Part shown: one piece after another, positions 34,201 to 46,399 of the stretch
How the letters are laid out: each line of letters opens with the position of its first letter
Numbering within the stretch: position 1 is the stretch's first letter
NCBI GenBank assembly: GCA_004431415.1
Contig: QPMI01000315.1
Coordinates: 1 to 56,486, forward strand
Length of the DNA stretch: 56,486 nucleotides
DNA from: Cyanophora paradoxa CCMP329
Lineage: Eukaryota > Plantae > Glaucophyta
Reading direction: 5' to 3'
Translations under genes and position numbers: made by a program
Notes under the pieces: model-generated
The model's database searches: none
Seen by the model: only the letters and a program-made list of their open reading frames with translations
What the model was told of the DNA's origin: nothing

Positions 34201-37200
34201 GGGCGGCGGTGGAGCTCTTCAGGCGGGTGGCGGAGCGGGTGGAGGGGGCGCTGGAGGCCCCGCCGCGCTACCGCGAGTTCGAGCGGCCGACGGCCCCCGA
34301 GGTCGACGTCGCCGCCGACGGCCGCGTCGTCTACCGCGAGGCCCCCCGCGAGGGCGTCGAGAGCCCCGCCGACTACGTCCGGGAGATGCGCCGCGGGCAC
34401 GCCGGCACCCCCTTCGTCTTCCTCAAGCGCAAGGCCGGCGCCGGGGCCGGCGGGCGGGCCCTCTGCCCCGCCGCCACCGACGCCTACCTCGGCGCCCTCG
34501 ACGAGGTCCGCAGCGACGGCCGCCCTCCTCTGCTGTGCGCTCGGCTCCTCACGCGGCCGGCCCTCGCAGATCGCGCGGGAGGGCTTCCACTTCGGGGGCA
34601 AGTGGGTGCTGGTGAACGGCTGCGGCAAGGGCTCCATCGCCTACGAGCTCCTCCGCATGCTCCTCGCCGCCGGCGCCCGCGTCGTCGCCTGCGCCTACGC
34701 CGACCCCACCCGCAACGGCGGCCGCGGCCTCTCCGCCGCGCAGCACGCCGCCTACCGCGCGCTCTTCCGGGAGCACGGGGCGCGCGGGGCGGAGCTGCAC
34801 GTGGTGCCCTTCAACGGGGCCTCGGTGCAGGACTGCCACGCCCTCGTCAAGTACGTCTACGAGACGCTCAAGGCCGACGTCGACGTCTTCGTCCCCTTCG
34901 CCGCCGTCCCCGAGGGCGGCCGCGACATCGCCAAGATCGACGCCCGCTCCGAGGTCGCCCACCGCGTCATGCTCACGAACACCGTGCGCCTCATTGGCCT
35001 CCTCAAGGCCGAGAAGGAGGCTCGCGGCGTGAGCACGCGCCCCGCACACGTCGTGCTGCCGCTCTCGCCGAACCACGGCCTCTTCGGGGGCGACGGCCTC
35101 TACTCCGAGTCCAAGATCGGCCTCGAGGTCCTCCTCGAGAAGTGGGCTTCCGAGGGCTGGTCCGACTACGTCACCCTCTCCGGGGCCGTCATCGGCTGGA
35201 CCCGCGGCACCGGCCTCATGAACGCCAACAACTGGACGGCGGCGGCGTTCGAGAAGGAGGGGGCGCGGACCTTCGCGGCGTGGGAGACGGCGCTGAACCT
35301 CCTGGGCCTCCTGCACCCCGCCGTCGTGCGCCTCGCCGAGGAGGAGCCCGTCTGGGCCGACCTCGGCGGCGGCTTCGTGCGCCCGGCCCCGCCCCCGCCC
35401 CGCCCCGCCCCGTCCGCCCCGCGCCCTCTAACGGCGCGCAGGACCGGATCGCGGACCTCGCCAACTTCACGAAGGCGGCGCGGCGGGCCATCGAGGAGCG
35501 CTCCGCCGCCGCCCGCGCCGTCGCCGAGGCCGCCAGGCCCCCGGGCCCCGCCCCCGCCGGCCCCGCCCCCGCCTCCCGCCCCGGCACCAAGGCCCGCCCC
35601 GACTACTTCGCGACCTTCCCCAAGCTGCCGTCGGCGCGGCGGCTGCAGCGGCTGAAGGGGCTGCGGGGCCTGGTGGACCTGGAGCGCACCGTCGTGGTCA
35701 CGGGCTTCGGCGAGGTCGGGCCCTTCGGCTCCGCCCGCACCCGCTGGGAGTTCGAGGCCGACGGCGGCTTCTCCATCGCCGGGTCCGCCCGCCCCCCTCC
35801 CTGCCCCGAGGCCTCTCTGACCCCTCCTCTCGTGCGCAGCTGCATCGAGCTGGCGTGGCTGATGGGCCTCATCAAGTACCACTCGGGCCCGCTGCCGGGG
35901 ACGGGCCGCCCCTACACGGGCTGGCTGGACGCCAAGACCAAGGAGCCGGTGGGGGACTTCGACGTCAAGGCGAAGTACGAGGGGCACATGGTGGAGCACA
36001 CGGGGATCCGCGTGGTGGAGGGCGAGCTGCTGCACGGGATGGACCCCTCCCGCAAGGAGTTCCTCCGCCAGGTCGCCGTCGAGCGCGACCTGCCCCCCGT
36101 CGAGATCGCCTCCGCCGCCGAGGCCGAGCAGTTCACCCGCGCCCACGGCGACAAGGTCGAGGTCTGGCAGGAGCCCGAGGGCGGCGCCTGGCGGGCGCGC
36201 CTGAAGCGCGGGGCCGTGCTCTACGTGCCCAAGGCGACCGTCTTCGACCGGTTCGTGGCGGGGCAGGTCCCCTCGGGCTGGAACGCCGCCGCCTACGGCA
36301 TCCCCCCCGAGATCGTCGCCCAGGTCCCCCGCCCCCCGCCCCCCCGCCCCCCGCCCCTCTCACCCCCGCGCCCCCGCAGGTCGACCCCGTCTGCCTCTAC
36401 GCGCTCGTCTCGGCGATGGACGCCCTCGCGGGGGCCGGCGTCGTCGACCCGTACGAGCTCTACCAGTACGTGCACCCCAGCGAGGTCGGCAACGCGGTGG
36501 GCGGCGGCATGGGCGGCCTCCGCAACCTCCGCCGCATCTTCCTCGACCGGCGCCTGGAGACCCCGATGCAGTCGGACAGCCTGCAGGAGACGTTCATCAA
36601 CACGGTCCCCGCGTGGATCAACATGCTCCTGCTCTCCTCCTGCGGGCCCATCAAGACCCCCGTCGGCGCCTGCGCCACCGCCGCCCAGTCCGTCGAGGTC
36701 GGCGCCGAGACCATCCTCGCCGGCAAGGCCAAGGTGCCCCCGAGCCCCGCCCCTGCCGCCTCGTCGCCGGCCCTGAGCGCGCGCCCCCGCAGGTGATGCT
36801 GGTGGGCGGCTACGACGACTTCATCGAGGAGACGTCGTACGAGTTCGCGCAGATGAAGGCGACGTGCAACTGCGCGGAGGACGCCGCGCGCGGGCGGGAG
36901 CCGCGCGAGATGTCCCGCCCCACGACGCACTCGCGGGCGGGCTTCGTCGAGGCGCACGGGGCCGGCGTGCAGGTGCTCATGGCGGCCGACCTCGCCATCC
37001 GCATGGGGGCCCCCATCTACGGCGTCGTCGCCCTCGCCCGCACCGCCTCCGACCGCGAGGGCCGCTCCGTCCCCGCCCCGGGCCAGGGCATCCTCTCCTT
37101 CGCCCGCGAGGACCGCGCCGCCGCCGCCGCCGCCCCCATCGACGTCGACGCCCGCCGCGCCGGCCTCCGCGACGCGCGGCGGGCGGCGCACGAGTGGCGG

Positions 37201-39113
37201 GCGGCGCAGCTGCGGCCGGCGAGCCCCGCGGCCTCCCTCTCCTCGCCCGAGCCGCCGATGACGCCCTCGGGCTCCCGGCCCTCGTCCCCCTACGAGGGCG
37301 GCGCCCCCGCCGGCGAGCCCTTCGAGGCCGGCCTCGGGCCCTGCCCCTCGCCGCTGCCCGAGGGCCGCGTGCGGGCCGTGCAGGAGGCGGCGAGCCGGCT
37401 GGAGAAGGCGGCGGCGCGGTACTTCGGGTCGGGGGCGGCGCTGGAGGAGCCCGGCGTCTCCCCGCTGCGCGCCGCCCTCGCTGTCTTCGGGCTGACCCCG
37501 GACGACATCGGCGTCGCCTCCCTCCACGGCACCTCCACCAAGGCCAACGACAAGAACGAGGTCCGGGCCCCCGCCGGCTGCGCACGCCCGCGCGCCCCTC
37601 TGAGCCCGCGGCGCAGTTCATGGTGCTGCACAAGACGCTGGAGCACCTGGGGCGGCAGCGGGGGCGCCCCGTGCCGGTCATCTGCCAGAAGTGGCTGACG
37701 GGCCACCCCAAGGGCGGCGCCGCCGCCTGGATGCTCAACGGGCTCCTCCAGGCGATGGCCTCGGGGGTCATCCCCGGCAACCGCAACGCCGACAACGTCG
37801 CCCCCGAGCTCCGCCCCTACACCCATCTCATGGCGGTGGACCGCACGCTGCGCGTGCCGGCCTCGAGCCTGCGCGCCGGCCTCCTCACCTCCTTCGGCTT
37901 TGGCCAGGCCGGCGCCGAGATCCTCCTCGTCGCCCCCGAGTACCTCCTCGCCTCGCTGCAGCCGGCGGCGCTCGCCGAGTACGCGGCCAAGCGCGAGGCG
38001 CGCCTCGCCTCGGCCGTGCGCTTCCACCACGAGGCCCTGGCGGGGAAGCGGCCGTTCGTGGCGGTGAAGACGGCGGCGCCCTACCACGCCGACGACATGC
38101 ACGACGTCTTCCTTGACCCCTCTGCCCGCGCCGCCCCCGACAGGGAGCGCGCCGGCTTCGCCATCCCCCGCTCGCCGCGCCCCGGCACCCCCGGGGACCG
38201 CTCGGCCTTCAGCCCGGCGTCGGGGCGGCCGCCGCTGCCGCGCAAGGGGAGCGCTTCGCGGCCGGAGACGCCGGTGGTGTCGGTGACGGAGCACGAGGAG
38301 GCGGAGGCGCGGCGGCTGCGGGCGGCGCTGGAGGCGGCGGTGGCGGCGCAGGGCCCCCTCGTCGACGCCGGTGTCGGCGTCGACGTCGAGCCCATCGCCA
38401 CCTTCCAGGACGCCTCGGTGCGCGCGCGGCGTTGCGCTTCCTTCCCGCCTCTGCTCTTCCCGACGCCCTCCTCGCAGGAGACAATGCTGGAGCGCAACTT
38501 CACGGCGGCGGAGCTCGAGCACTGCGAGGCCTCGAGCGACGCCCCCTCCCGCCTCGCCGGCAAGTGGGCCGCCAAGGAGGCCGTCGCCAAGGCCCTCTCC
38601 TCGAGCGCGCCGGACTCGGCCGCCGCGCGCCTCCGCGGCTCCGCGGCGCCGCTCAACGAGATCGAGATCCTGCCGTCGCCCTCGGGCGCGCCGCAGGTGC
38701 GGCTGCACGGCTACGCGCGCGAGGTCGCGGCCGCCGCCGGCGTGGCCGAGGTCGTCGTCTCCATCAGCCACGCCGGCGACTACGCCGTCGCCCACGCCGT
38801 CGCCCGCTGCGTCGCCGGCCTCGTCACCCCGCGCCCGGGCGCCTCGCCCGCCCCTGGGCCGCCCCTCGCCCGCCAGCTCCACTTCGGCCCCGCCGCCTCC
38901 GCCGCCTCGCCCCGCGCCTTCAGCGCCTCGCCCGTGCCGCCGACGGCCGGCTCGGTGGTGGAGCAGCCGCCGCTGGCGCGCGGCTTCAGCCCGGCCCCGG
39001 CCTCGGCGTTCAGCCCCGTGCGCCTCTCGGGGCAGCAGATGAAGCGGGGCCTCCTCAAGGTCGAGACGGCGCCCCTCGTCGCCCCGCAGCCCCGCCGCCC
39101 CGCCCCCGAGTGA
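25245..39113 (+). CDS. FAS: Fungal-type type I fatty acid synthase, single chain (AT-ER-DH-MPT-ACP-KR-KS-PPT), intron-rich
   Basis: AT: [15 protein letters not shown]: [29 protein letters not shown]: DHNPIH, IVHGMW. MPT: [26 protein letters not shown]: GGKSAIQN|[12 protein letters not shown]: [27 protein letters not shown]: [40 protein letters not shown]: GVGVDVE, KWAAKEA, SISH. Confidence 0.97.
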
Positions 39114-39707
39114 GGGCCCGCCGCCCCCTCGCGGAGCCCCAGCCCCTTCTTCCGCACTGTGCATAGAGTTCAGATGTAGACCAGCGTGCCCGCCTTTAAA
39201 TTCGCGTGCGGCCCCGGACCTGCACCAATTCGTTCTGCTTCATGGTCAGTCGATGTATGTATACTCATGATCAGGGCCTAGATCTGTAGCTCTTTCGATA
39301 ATCGTTTTTTCAAACTTCGAATTCAAGTGATCATCGTAGATCTAGACAGCTTCGGAATCTCAGAGTCTGGTAGCATGTACAGTATTCGTGTTCTCAATTC
39401 AATTCGTCGGATCTTTTGTCGTTGGACCTGCCAGGCTGTGGTCCCCCAGAACGCGACCGACCCTCGGCCCCCATCCGGATCCGAGGGTCGCGATCGACGT
39501 CACGGGGTCGAGTATACGTATACGTAGACGCCCCGGATCCGATAGTCCGGGCCTCGCCCCTCATATGCTCCCACCCGCATGCTCCCAGGGGCCCCTAGTC
39601 GACGTCTAACTTAGTAAGGATTCCTGAGCTCGATCGCGAGGTTGCTTGCGCCATAGCGACTTCGAAATCTTCTGGAATTCGAAGTCCAAGATGTAAGAGT
39701 GCGTGCA

Positions 39708-39751
39708 AAACAAATGACTCAGTGTGGCTAAACAAATAACTCAGTGTGGCT
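39708..39751 (+). repeat. 22-bp direct tandem duplication next to the inner end of repeat copy B
   Basis: AAACAAATGACTCAGTGTGGCT followed by AAACAAATAACTCAGTGTGGCT. Confidence 0.8.
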
Positions 39752-39761
39752 AAAGGACCAC

Positions 39762-41059
39762 AATTTCTGACTTGACGACACTAAGTAGTCCCGAATGAAC
39801 TTGAACTGAATGACTGTACACGAAGAAATGCCCTGATCATGAGGCGCCGGCGTCCGCGAAGCAAGGAAAAAATTCAAAGAGAGACGCCATCTGAAACGCT
39901 GAAGCTATCGTACAAGTACTACGGTACAAAAGAGGAAACGAGAGTGGGCCCCGCGCGGGCTCAGGCGGCGGCGGCGGCGGCGGCGTCGACGATGCGGCGG
40001 CGCTTGGCGAGGGCGGCGACGAGTGCCGGGTCGCGCGGGTCGACCGGCGCGAAGGGCAGCGGCGGCAGCTGCCCGGAACCGCCGCCGGCCGGCGGGGCCG
40101 GCGGGGCCGGCGGGGGCGGCGGGGCGGCGGGGGCGCGGTCGAGGGTGTGGCGGTCGGCTTGCGCGCGGCGCGGGGCGAGGAAGGCGAGGAGCTCCGGGTC
40201 GTCGTGCCGCACGTACCCCGCCCGCGCCCCCGCACCCACACCGCCTCCGCCGCCCGCCCTCGCACCGCCGCCGCCCCCGCGCTGCGCGCGCCGACTGCGT
40301 CGCGGGAGCAGCTGCGGGCGCTGCAGCGGCCGAGGTCGCAGCGGGAGCAGCGAGCTCTGCTGCCGCGGGCTCAGCTGCGGGCGCTGCTGCCGGCTGCTCG
40401 ACGACCGGCGCGTTCGCCTGGGGCTGCTCGGCGACGGGGTGCTCGAACTCGGCCGCGGGCTCCAGCCGCAGCCGCACGTCGGCGAGGACGGCGGGGCGCG
40501 GCGCCGCCGGACGCCGCGCCGGCTTCGCCTGCAGGCCTAGGGAGCAGTTCCTGCCGGCCGCCTTCGTCGGCGACGACTTCAACGGCGCGGCGCGCGGCGG
40601 GCGGTCGTTCGGGTTCTTGCCGCGCATCGCCGACGATTCGCCGTGCGCTGCGATCGCCCATGAGCGATGCGTGCGAAAGCATCAGAGCATGGAGCGGACC
40701 ATGTGCATGAAGGTGGTGTGCGGGGCGGAGCCGGAAGACACGCGCTGGCGGGCCATTGTGGGGGCTGGCGGGTGTGCTGGGCGGTTGCGCGAAGGGTCGG
40801 GGAAGATCGAGGAGCGCAATGTGCTCTTTGAATGCAGGAACCATCGCTCGGTCGCTGCTGTATGGCGCTCTCAGGCGGCGTCAGGTGACGGCCTGGTCAA
40901 GCTGAACTCAGGTCGGGCTGAAGCCGAGTTCGCTGCACCGAAACGCAGCAGTCGGCCTCCTCGGCGCATCGCTGTGATTCTCCGCCGCCATCCTTCGCGG
41001 CTCGCGCGCTCAAGAACGCGAGGCGCATCGATATCCTCCCGGCCGGTGTCGAGCCTGCG
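39762..41059 (-). repeat. ~1.3-kb dispersed repeat, copy B (inverted relative to copy A)
   Basis: Reverse complement matches 20277-21552 and carries the same MRGKNPNDRPPRAAP ORF (40627 downward, frameshifted). Confidence 0.93.
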
Positions 41060-41480
41060 CTGCGGGACGTGTGGGCCGGGGTACGGTACAAGCTGGGTTC
41101 CTGGGGCCGCGATGTGCATAGCTGGATCGACATTCGAGGCGACTGTTTCAGTTGCTTGCGGGCGCGCATTCGCGGGGATCAAAGCAACTTGCATTTTGCA
41201 GCAGCACGCGCAGAGCTGCAGCTTGCAACATGCAGCAGGAGCGCTAGCACTGGAGCCGGACGGCGCCCCTCCTCAGCATGATCGACCCTCCAACCATCCA
41301 CTAGGCGCGCAGTTGGAAGTCAAACACGCATGACATACGCAAGCCCAGACGGATGCGCAGGCGTCCCCGCGGCGGCTGCGGGCTGGTGAGCCACGCTTGA
41401 AGGCCCGGCCCGGCTCGGCGCGCCGCGGCCGCGGTCCCGCGGCCTGTGGATCCAGGAGAGCAGCTACGAGCGACGTCGGC

Positions 41481-44400
41481 ATGCAGCTGCGGATTGTGCC
41501 TGCGGCGCAGCTGCGGCCGGGCGCAGATCCGGACTCGGGCGTTGCAATTGCAAGGCCCCTCAACTTGCATGCGCCGCTGGGAGGCGTGCTGGGCGGGCCA
41601 GCGAATGAACGTGCCAGCGGACCCCTGAATCTCGCCCCGCCGGCCAGCTCCGCCACGCTTGCTGGGGGGGACCCGCCATCCTCAGAGGTGTTGGACGCGG
41701 GGAGGCGCGGGTGGCGGCGCCTGTGGGCTCGCCTCGCGCTGCGGTTCGCGGGCGACGAGGAGGCGGACTTCCTGGCGCAGTACTGCGCGGACGCGCGCCC
41801 CCGCTTCCAGATCGCCATGTTCGTGGCCACGATTGCATCCGGTGCGCATGCGCGGCCGGCCCCGCGCCGCCGGGCCGGCGCCGAGGGGCGGGCGGGGGCA
41901 GCGTTCTGGACGGCGACGAGCCCGAACCTGACGAACCTCGTGATCCGCGTGCTGACCCTCGCGACGGCCCTCGGCTTCCTCCTCTTCGCCTGCGCGCCGG
42001 CCTCGCGCCGCGCCCGCACCCTCCCCTTCTACGCCACCATCCTCTCCGTGCGCCCCGCCGCTCCCGCCCCGCCCGGCTCCGCCCCCGCCGGCCGGGACAC
42101 CGAGGGCCGGGGCCGGGGCAGGGGATCGGCGCCCAGTTCGTCTTCTTCTTCGTGCGGCGCGCCCTCTTCGTGAACGACCGCGAGGTCGTCTGTGCGCGCC
42201 CCGCCCCGCCCCCCGCCCCGCCGCCACCGGCCGCCGCCTCGGCCTCTGAGGCGCGCGGGGCGGGGCCAGACGACTTCGTGATCTGCTACCTGCTGCTCAT
42301 GGTCCTCCTCTACCTCCACGTCCCCATGCGCGCCGCGGCGCCTCTCCTGCCCCCGGCCCTCGCCCTGAGCGCGGGGACGGACTTCGTGGGGGCGCTGCGG
42401 GCCGGGCGCCGCCAGGACCTGCTCGCCGTGGCCTCCATCCAGGCCTTCGTCGCCGCCCTCGCCCTCCTCCTCGTCGTCGCCGGCGCGCCCGCCCCCGCCC
42501 CGCCGCCCCGCCCGACCCGCCCCGACCTGACGCCGGCGCCGGCGGGGACGCAGGCGTCGCGTACGAGATGGACGTGCGGTGGCGGTTTGGGCTCGCGCGG
42601 GCGGCGGAGCGGGCGCGGCGCGAGGCCGTCGAGCGCCAGCAGCGCTCCTCCCGCCTCCTCCGCAACCTCCTCCCGGACCCCGTGCGTCCCGCGCGCGGGC
42701 CCCGGCGGGCCCCGCCCTGCGCCCCGCGGGACTTCGAGCGGGGGCGCCGGGCAGGTGATCGAGGCGATCCGGGAGGGGACTGGCCGCGGATCAACCGCGT
42801 GCACGCGCACGCCGCCGTCGTCTTCGTCTCGGCGGAGGGCGGGCGGAGGCGGCGGGGGCGCCGCGGGCCCCGCGCGAGGCGCTGGCGGCGGCGGGGCGGC
42901 TGGCGGAGCTGCTCGAGGCGGTGGCGGAGGCGCACGGCCTCCTCAAGATCAAGTCCATCGGCCTCACCTTCATGGCCCGCCCACCCCGCCCCGCCCGCCC
43001 CCCGCCCCGCCCCGCCGGCCCCGCCGACCGGGCGGCGCGCGGGGCGCAGGGCGTCGTCGGCGTCGGCTTCGCGGCGGAGGCGGAGGCGGCGGGGCCGGGG
43101 AGGGCGAGGAGGAGGAGGAGTGGGCAGCGGAGGGCGCCACGCCGCCCGCGCCGCCGCCTTTGCCCTCGACGCCGTTGAAGCCGCCCGCCGCGAGGGCTTC
43201 CCCGCCGCCCGCGCCGGCCTCTTCCCGTCCGCCCGCCCCCGGCCCCGCCCCGCCCCGCCCGCCCGACGCGGCCGCAGGGGCGCGCTGGTGTCGGGCGTCA
43301 TCGGCTGCCGCCTCGCCTTCGACGTCTTCGGCGACGCCTGCAACCTCGCCCAGCGGTGCCCCCGCTAGCCCGCCCCCTCGCGCGCGTCCGTCGCGAGCGG
43401 GGGCGGGCGGGGCAGGATGTGCGCGCACGGGGAGGCGGGGCGGGTGCACCTGCCGGCGGCGGCGCGGGATGCGATGCTGGCGGCCGGGGCGGCCGGGGCG
43501 CTGCGCTTCAGCGAGCCGGCGGCGACGGCGCTCAAGGGCCGGGGCACCTGGGAGACCTGCTTCGTCTCCCGCGCCGGCGGCATCGGCGCCCTCGAGCCCT
43601 CCCCCGTCGACCTCGCCACCGCCGCCAGCCCCGCCAGCGCCGGCGCCGTCTCGTTCCGCGCGGTGAGCGTCGGCCACAGGGGCGAGTTCGTCGCGGGGAT
43701 CCCCTCGGGGCGCTCCGTCGGCTCGTCGCGGCGGGGCGGGGGCGCGAGCGGGCGGCGGGGGACGGCGGGGGCGGCCTACCTCCCCTCGCGTGCCCTCGTC
43801 GCCCGCCTCTCGCCCGGGCACTCCCTCCGCCACGCCCCCGGGGTGCCCCCGGGGGGCGACGAGGGGGACCCCGAGGACCCCGCCTCGCCCCGCCGCCCCT
43901 CCTCCTCCCGCAGCCCCGCGCACGTCGCCTGGAGCGGCGTGGAGGCCCCCGCCAAGGGCCCCGCCCCGCCCGCCCCCGGCGGCGGAGGAGGGGCGAAAGC
44001 CTCGCCGCGCCCCGGCGAGGACAAAGAGGACACGGGCGCGGCCGCCGACGGGGCGCCACGCTGCCGGCCTCCGCCGCCGCCGGCTTCCTCATGGGCCCCG
44101 CCGCCCGCGGGCACGCCCTCCCGACGCCGGCGCCGAGCCCCTCGCCGCCCGCAGCAGGGGCCCCGCGCCGCCGTGGGGCGCCGAGGCCGATGCCGAGGCG
44201 GCCGGGCGGCGCCGCTGGTGGCGCCTCGCCTTCTCCGAGCGCGACGAGGAGGCGGCCTTCTGGGGGCGACCCGCCGGGCGAGCCCCGGCGCCCTGCGCGC
44301 TCTCATCGCCGCCCTCGCCCTCCACTCCCTCCTCATGCCCGTGCGCCGCCCCGCGCCCCGCGGCCCCCGCCCGCCTCCCCTCCCCTCCGACGCCCCGCGC

Positions 44401-46195
44401 GCGCAGCTCCTCGTGCACATCGCCAACGACCTGCACGAGGAGACGCGCCTGGGCGCGCGCTACGCCGTGCGCGGGGCCTGCCTCGTGCCGCTCGTCGCCC
44501 TCCTCCTGCGGCCGCGCCTGCCGCGGGGCGCCCTCGGGACGCTCGCCCTCCACGCCGCCGCCGCCGCCGCCGCGCTGCCGCCGGCCCTCGACTACTGCCT
44601 GCTGCACCCCGGCGGCCCCGCCGCGGGGCCCCTCTCTTGGGCGGCCCTCACCGTGCGCCCCCCGCCCCCCCGCGCCCCCGCGAGACGCGCCTCAGCGGCG
44701 CCTCACATCGCGCGCAGATGACGGACGCGGACGCCTGCTTCGCGACGATCTTCGTCTGCACGCTCGGGCAGCTGCCGCTGCCCCAGAAGCTCCCCTGGGG
44801 CGCCCTGCCCCTCCTCGCCTCCGCCGTCCCCGCCGCCGCCCGCGGTGCCACCGCCGACCGCAAGGTGCGCCCCCGCGCGCCCGGCGGCGAGCGGCGTCGA
44901 GCGGGATCGGGGGGCGGGGCAGATGATCCCGGTGTGGCTGGGGACGGTGGCGCTGGCGATGTGGGGCGTCGCGTTCCTGCGGGAGCGCGAGGCGCGGCGG
45001 CGCTTCCTGCTGCGCAACAGCGCGCGGCGGGCGGCGCGGGCGGCGGCGGAGGCCGGGGCCGAGGCGGACGCCCTCGTCGACCTCTGCCTCCCCCGCGCCG
45101 CCCTCGGCCTCCTCCCCGCATCCGGGTCCGCCCCCGCGCCCCCGCGCCCCGCCCCGCCCTGCCCCGCACCGCCCCCGACGCGGACGGCAGGCGGGAAGCG
45201 GTGGAGTTCGAGCGGGTGGCGGTGCTGCAGAGCGACATCGTCGGCTTCTCGGGCATCGCCCCCCGCACCGACGCCCCCCGCCTCGTCGACGCCCTCAGTG
45301 CGGCCCCGCCGCCCCACCCGTCCCGCCCCCGCCCTCACGCGTGCCCCGCCAGACGCCCTCTTCGCCGCCTGCGACGAGATTGCCGAGCGCTACGGCGTGC
45401 AGACCCTCCGCACCGTCGGCGGTGCGGGGGCATGCGGGCGAGGGCCCGCGCGCGGGCGCTCGCGGCTGACGGGGGCCCGGGCGCGCAGACGCGTGGGTGG
45501 GCGTCGTGGGCCTCGACCGCCCCGCCGGCCCCCGCGAGCTGGCGAGCCTGCTGCGGGCCGCGCACGAGATGCGCGCCGCCTACGCCCGCACCCGCCTCCT
45601 CGCGCGCCAGCCCGGCGTCGATCCCGAACTCGCCTCGCCCGCCTGTCCGTGCGCCTCGCCCGGCGCCGGCCGCGAGTGGACCCACGAGACCGTCCGCCCT
45701 CGCCCCCTCCTCTCTCCCGCCGCGACCCCCTGTGCCGGCCGCTGAGCGCGCGGCGGGCGGGGGGCAGCTGACGGCGCGCTTCGGAGTGGGGCTGGGGCGG
45801 GCGGCGGGGGCCGTGGTGGGGGCGCGGCGGTGGACGTGGGAGCTGCTCGGCCCCGCCGTCGAAGAGGCGGCCGCAATGGAGCGCAGCTCCCTCCCGGCCG
45901 CTGCCTCGTCCGCTCCGCCCCCGCCCCCGCCCCCCGCCCCCGCCCGCACGAACGGGGCGCCTCACGCGCGCGCGCGCAGGTGGCGGCGGAGGCGGCGGCA
46001 CTGGTGGCCGGCGAGTTCGACTTCGAGGCGGGGCCCGGGGGGGCCACCCTCCTCGTCGCCCCCCGCGACGCCCCGCTCCTCCCGCCCGCCCAGAAGCACC
46101 CGCACGCCTCCACCCGCGACCCGGCCCCGGCCCTCGGCCCCGCGCCGGCCGCCCTGGAGCAGCCCGGCGGCCTCGGGCCGAGCCCCTCCTTCTGA
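41481..46195 (+). CDS. Class III membrane adenylate cyclase-like protein (two TM clusters, two cyclase domains), multi-exon
   Basis: TM cluster, then SRLLRNLLPDP, GLLKIKSIGLTFM, SGVIGCRLAFDVFGDACNLAQR|M, LKGRG. Second TM cluster, then LVDLCLP, VAVLQSDIVGFS, RYGVQTLRTVG|DAW, GAVVGARRWTWELLG. Start is approximate and there are apparent frameshifts near 42770-42900. Confidence 0.85.
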
Positions 46196-46399
46196 GGGCC
46201 TGCCGCCCTGCACGGAGGACCTTCCTCGAGGACTGCATCGGACTGCACATTGGGCGGGCGATGCAGTCCGACGCGTACGGCCCGGACAGTGTTGTCCGCA
46301 CGCGTTGGACGGTTGCACTACGGCACGTGCCGCTGTGTAGCTGTGTTGCTGGATCTAGAAAAAAGAGCCACTGACTTGCCGCGCGCGTCAGTTGGGTCC

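Noticed and set aside
25255-39166. Numerous overlapping Arg/Gly/Pro-rich ORFs on both strands across FAS and other genes
   Set aside because: They are shadow ORFs expected at this GC content and carry no domain signal.
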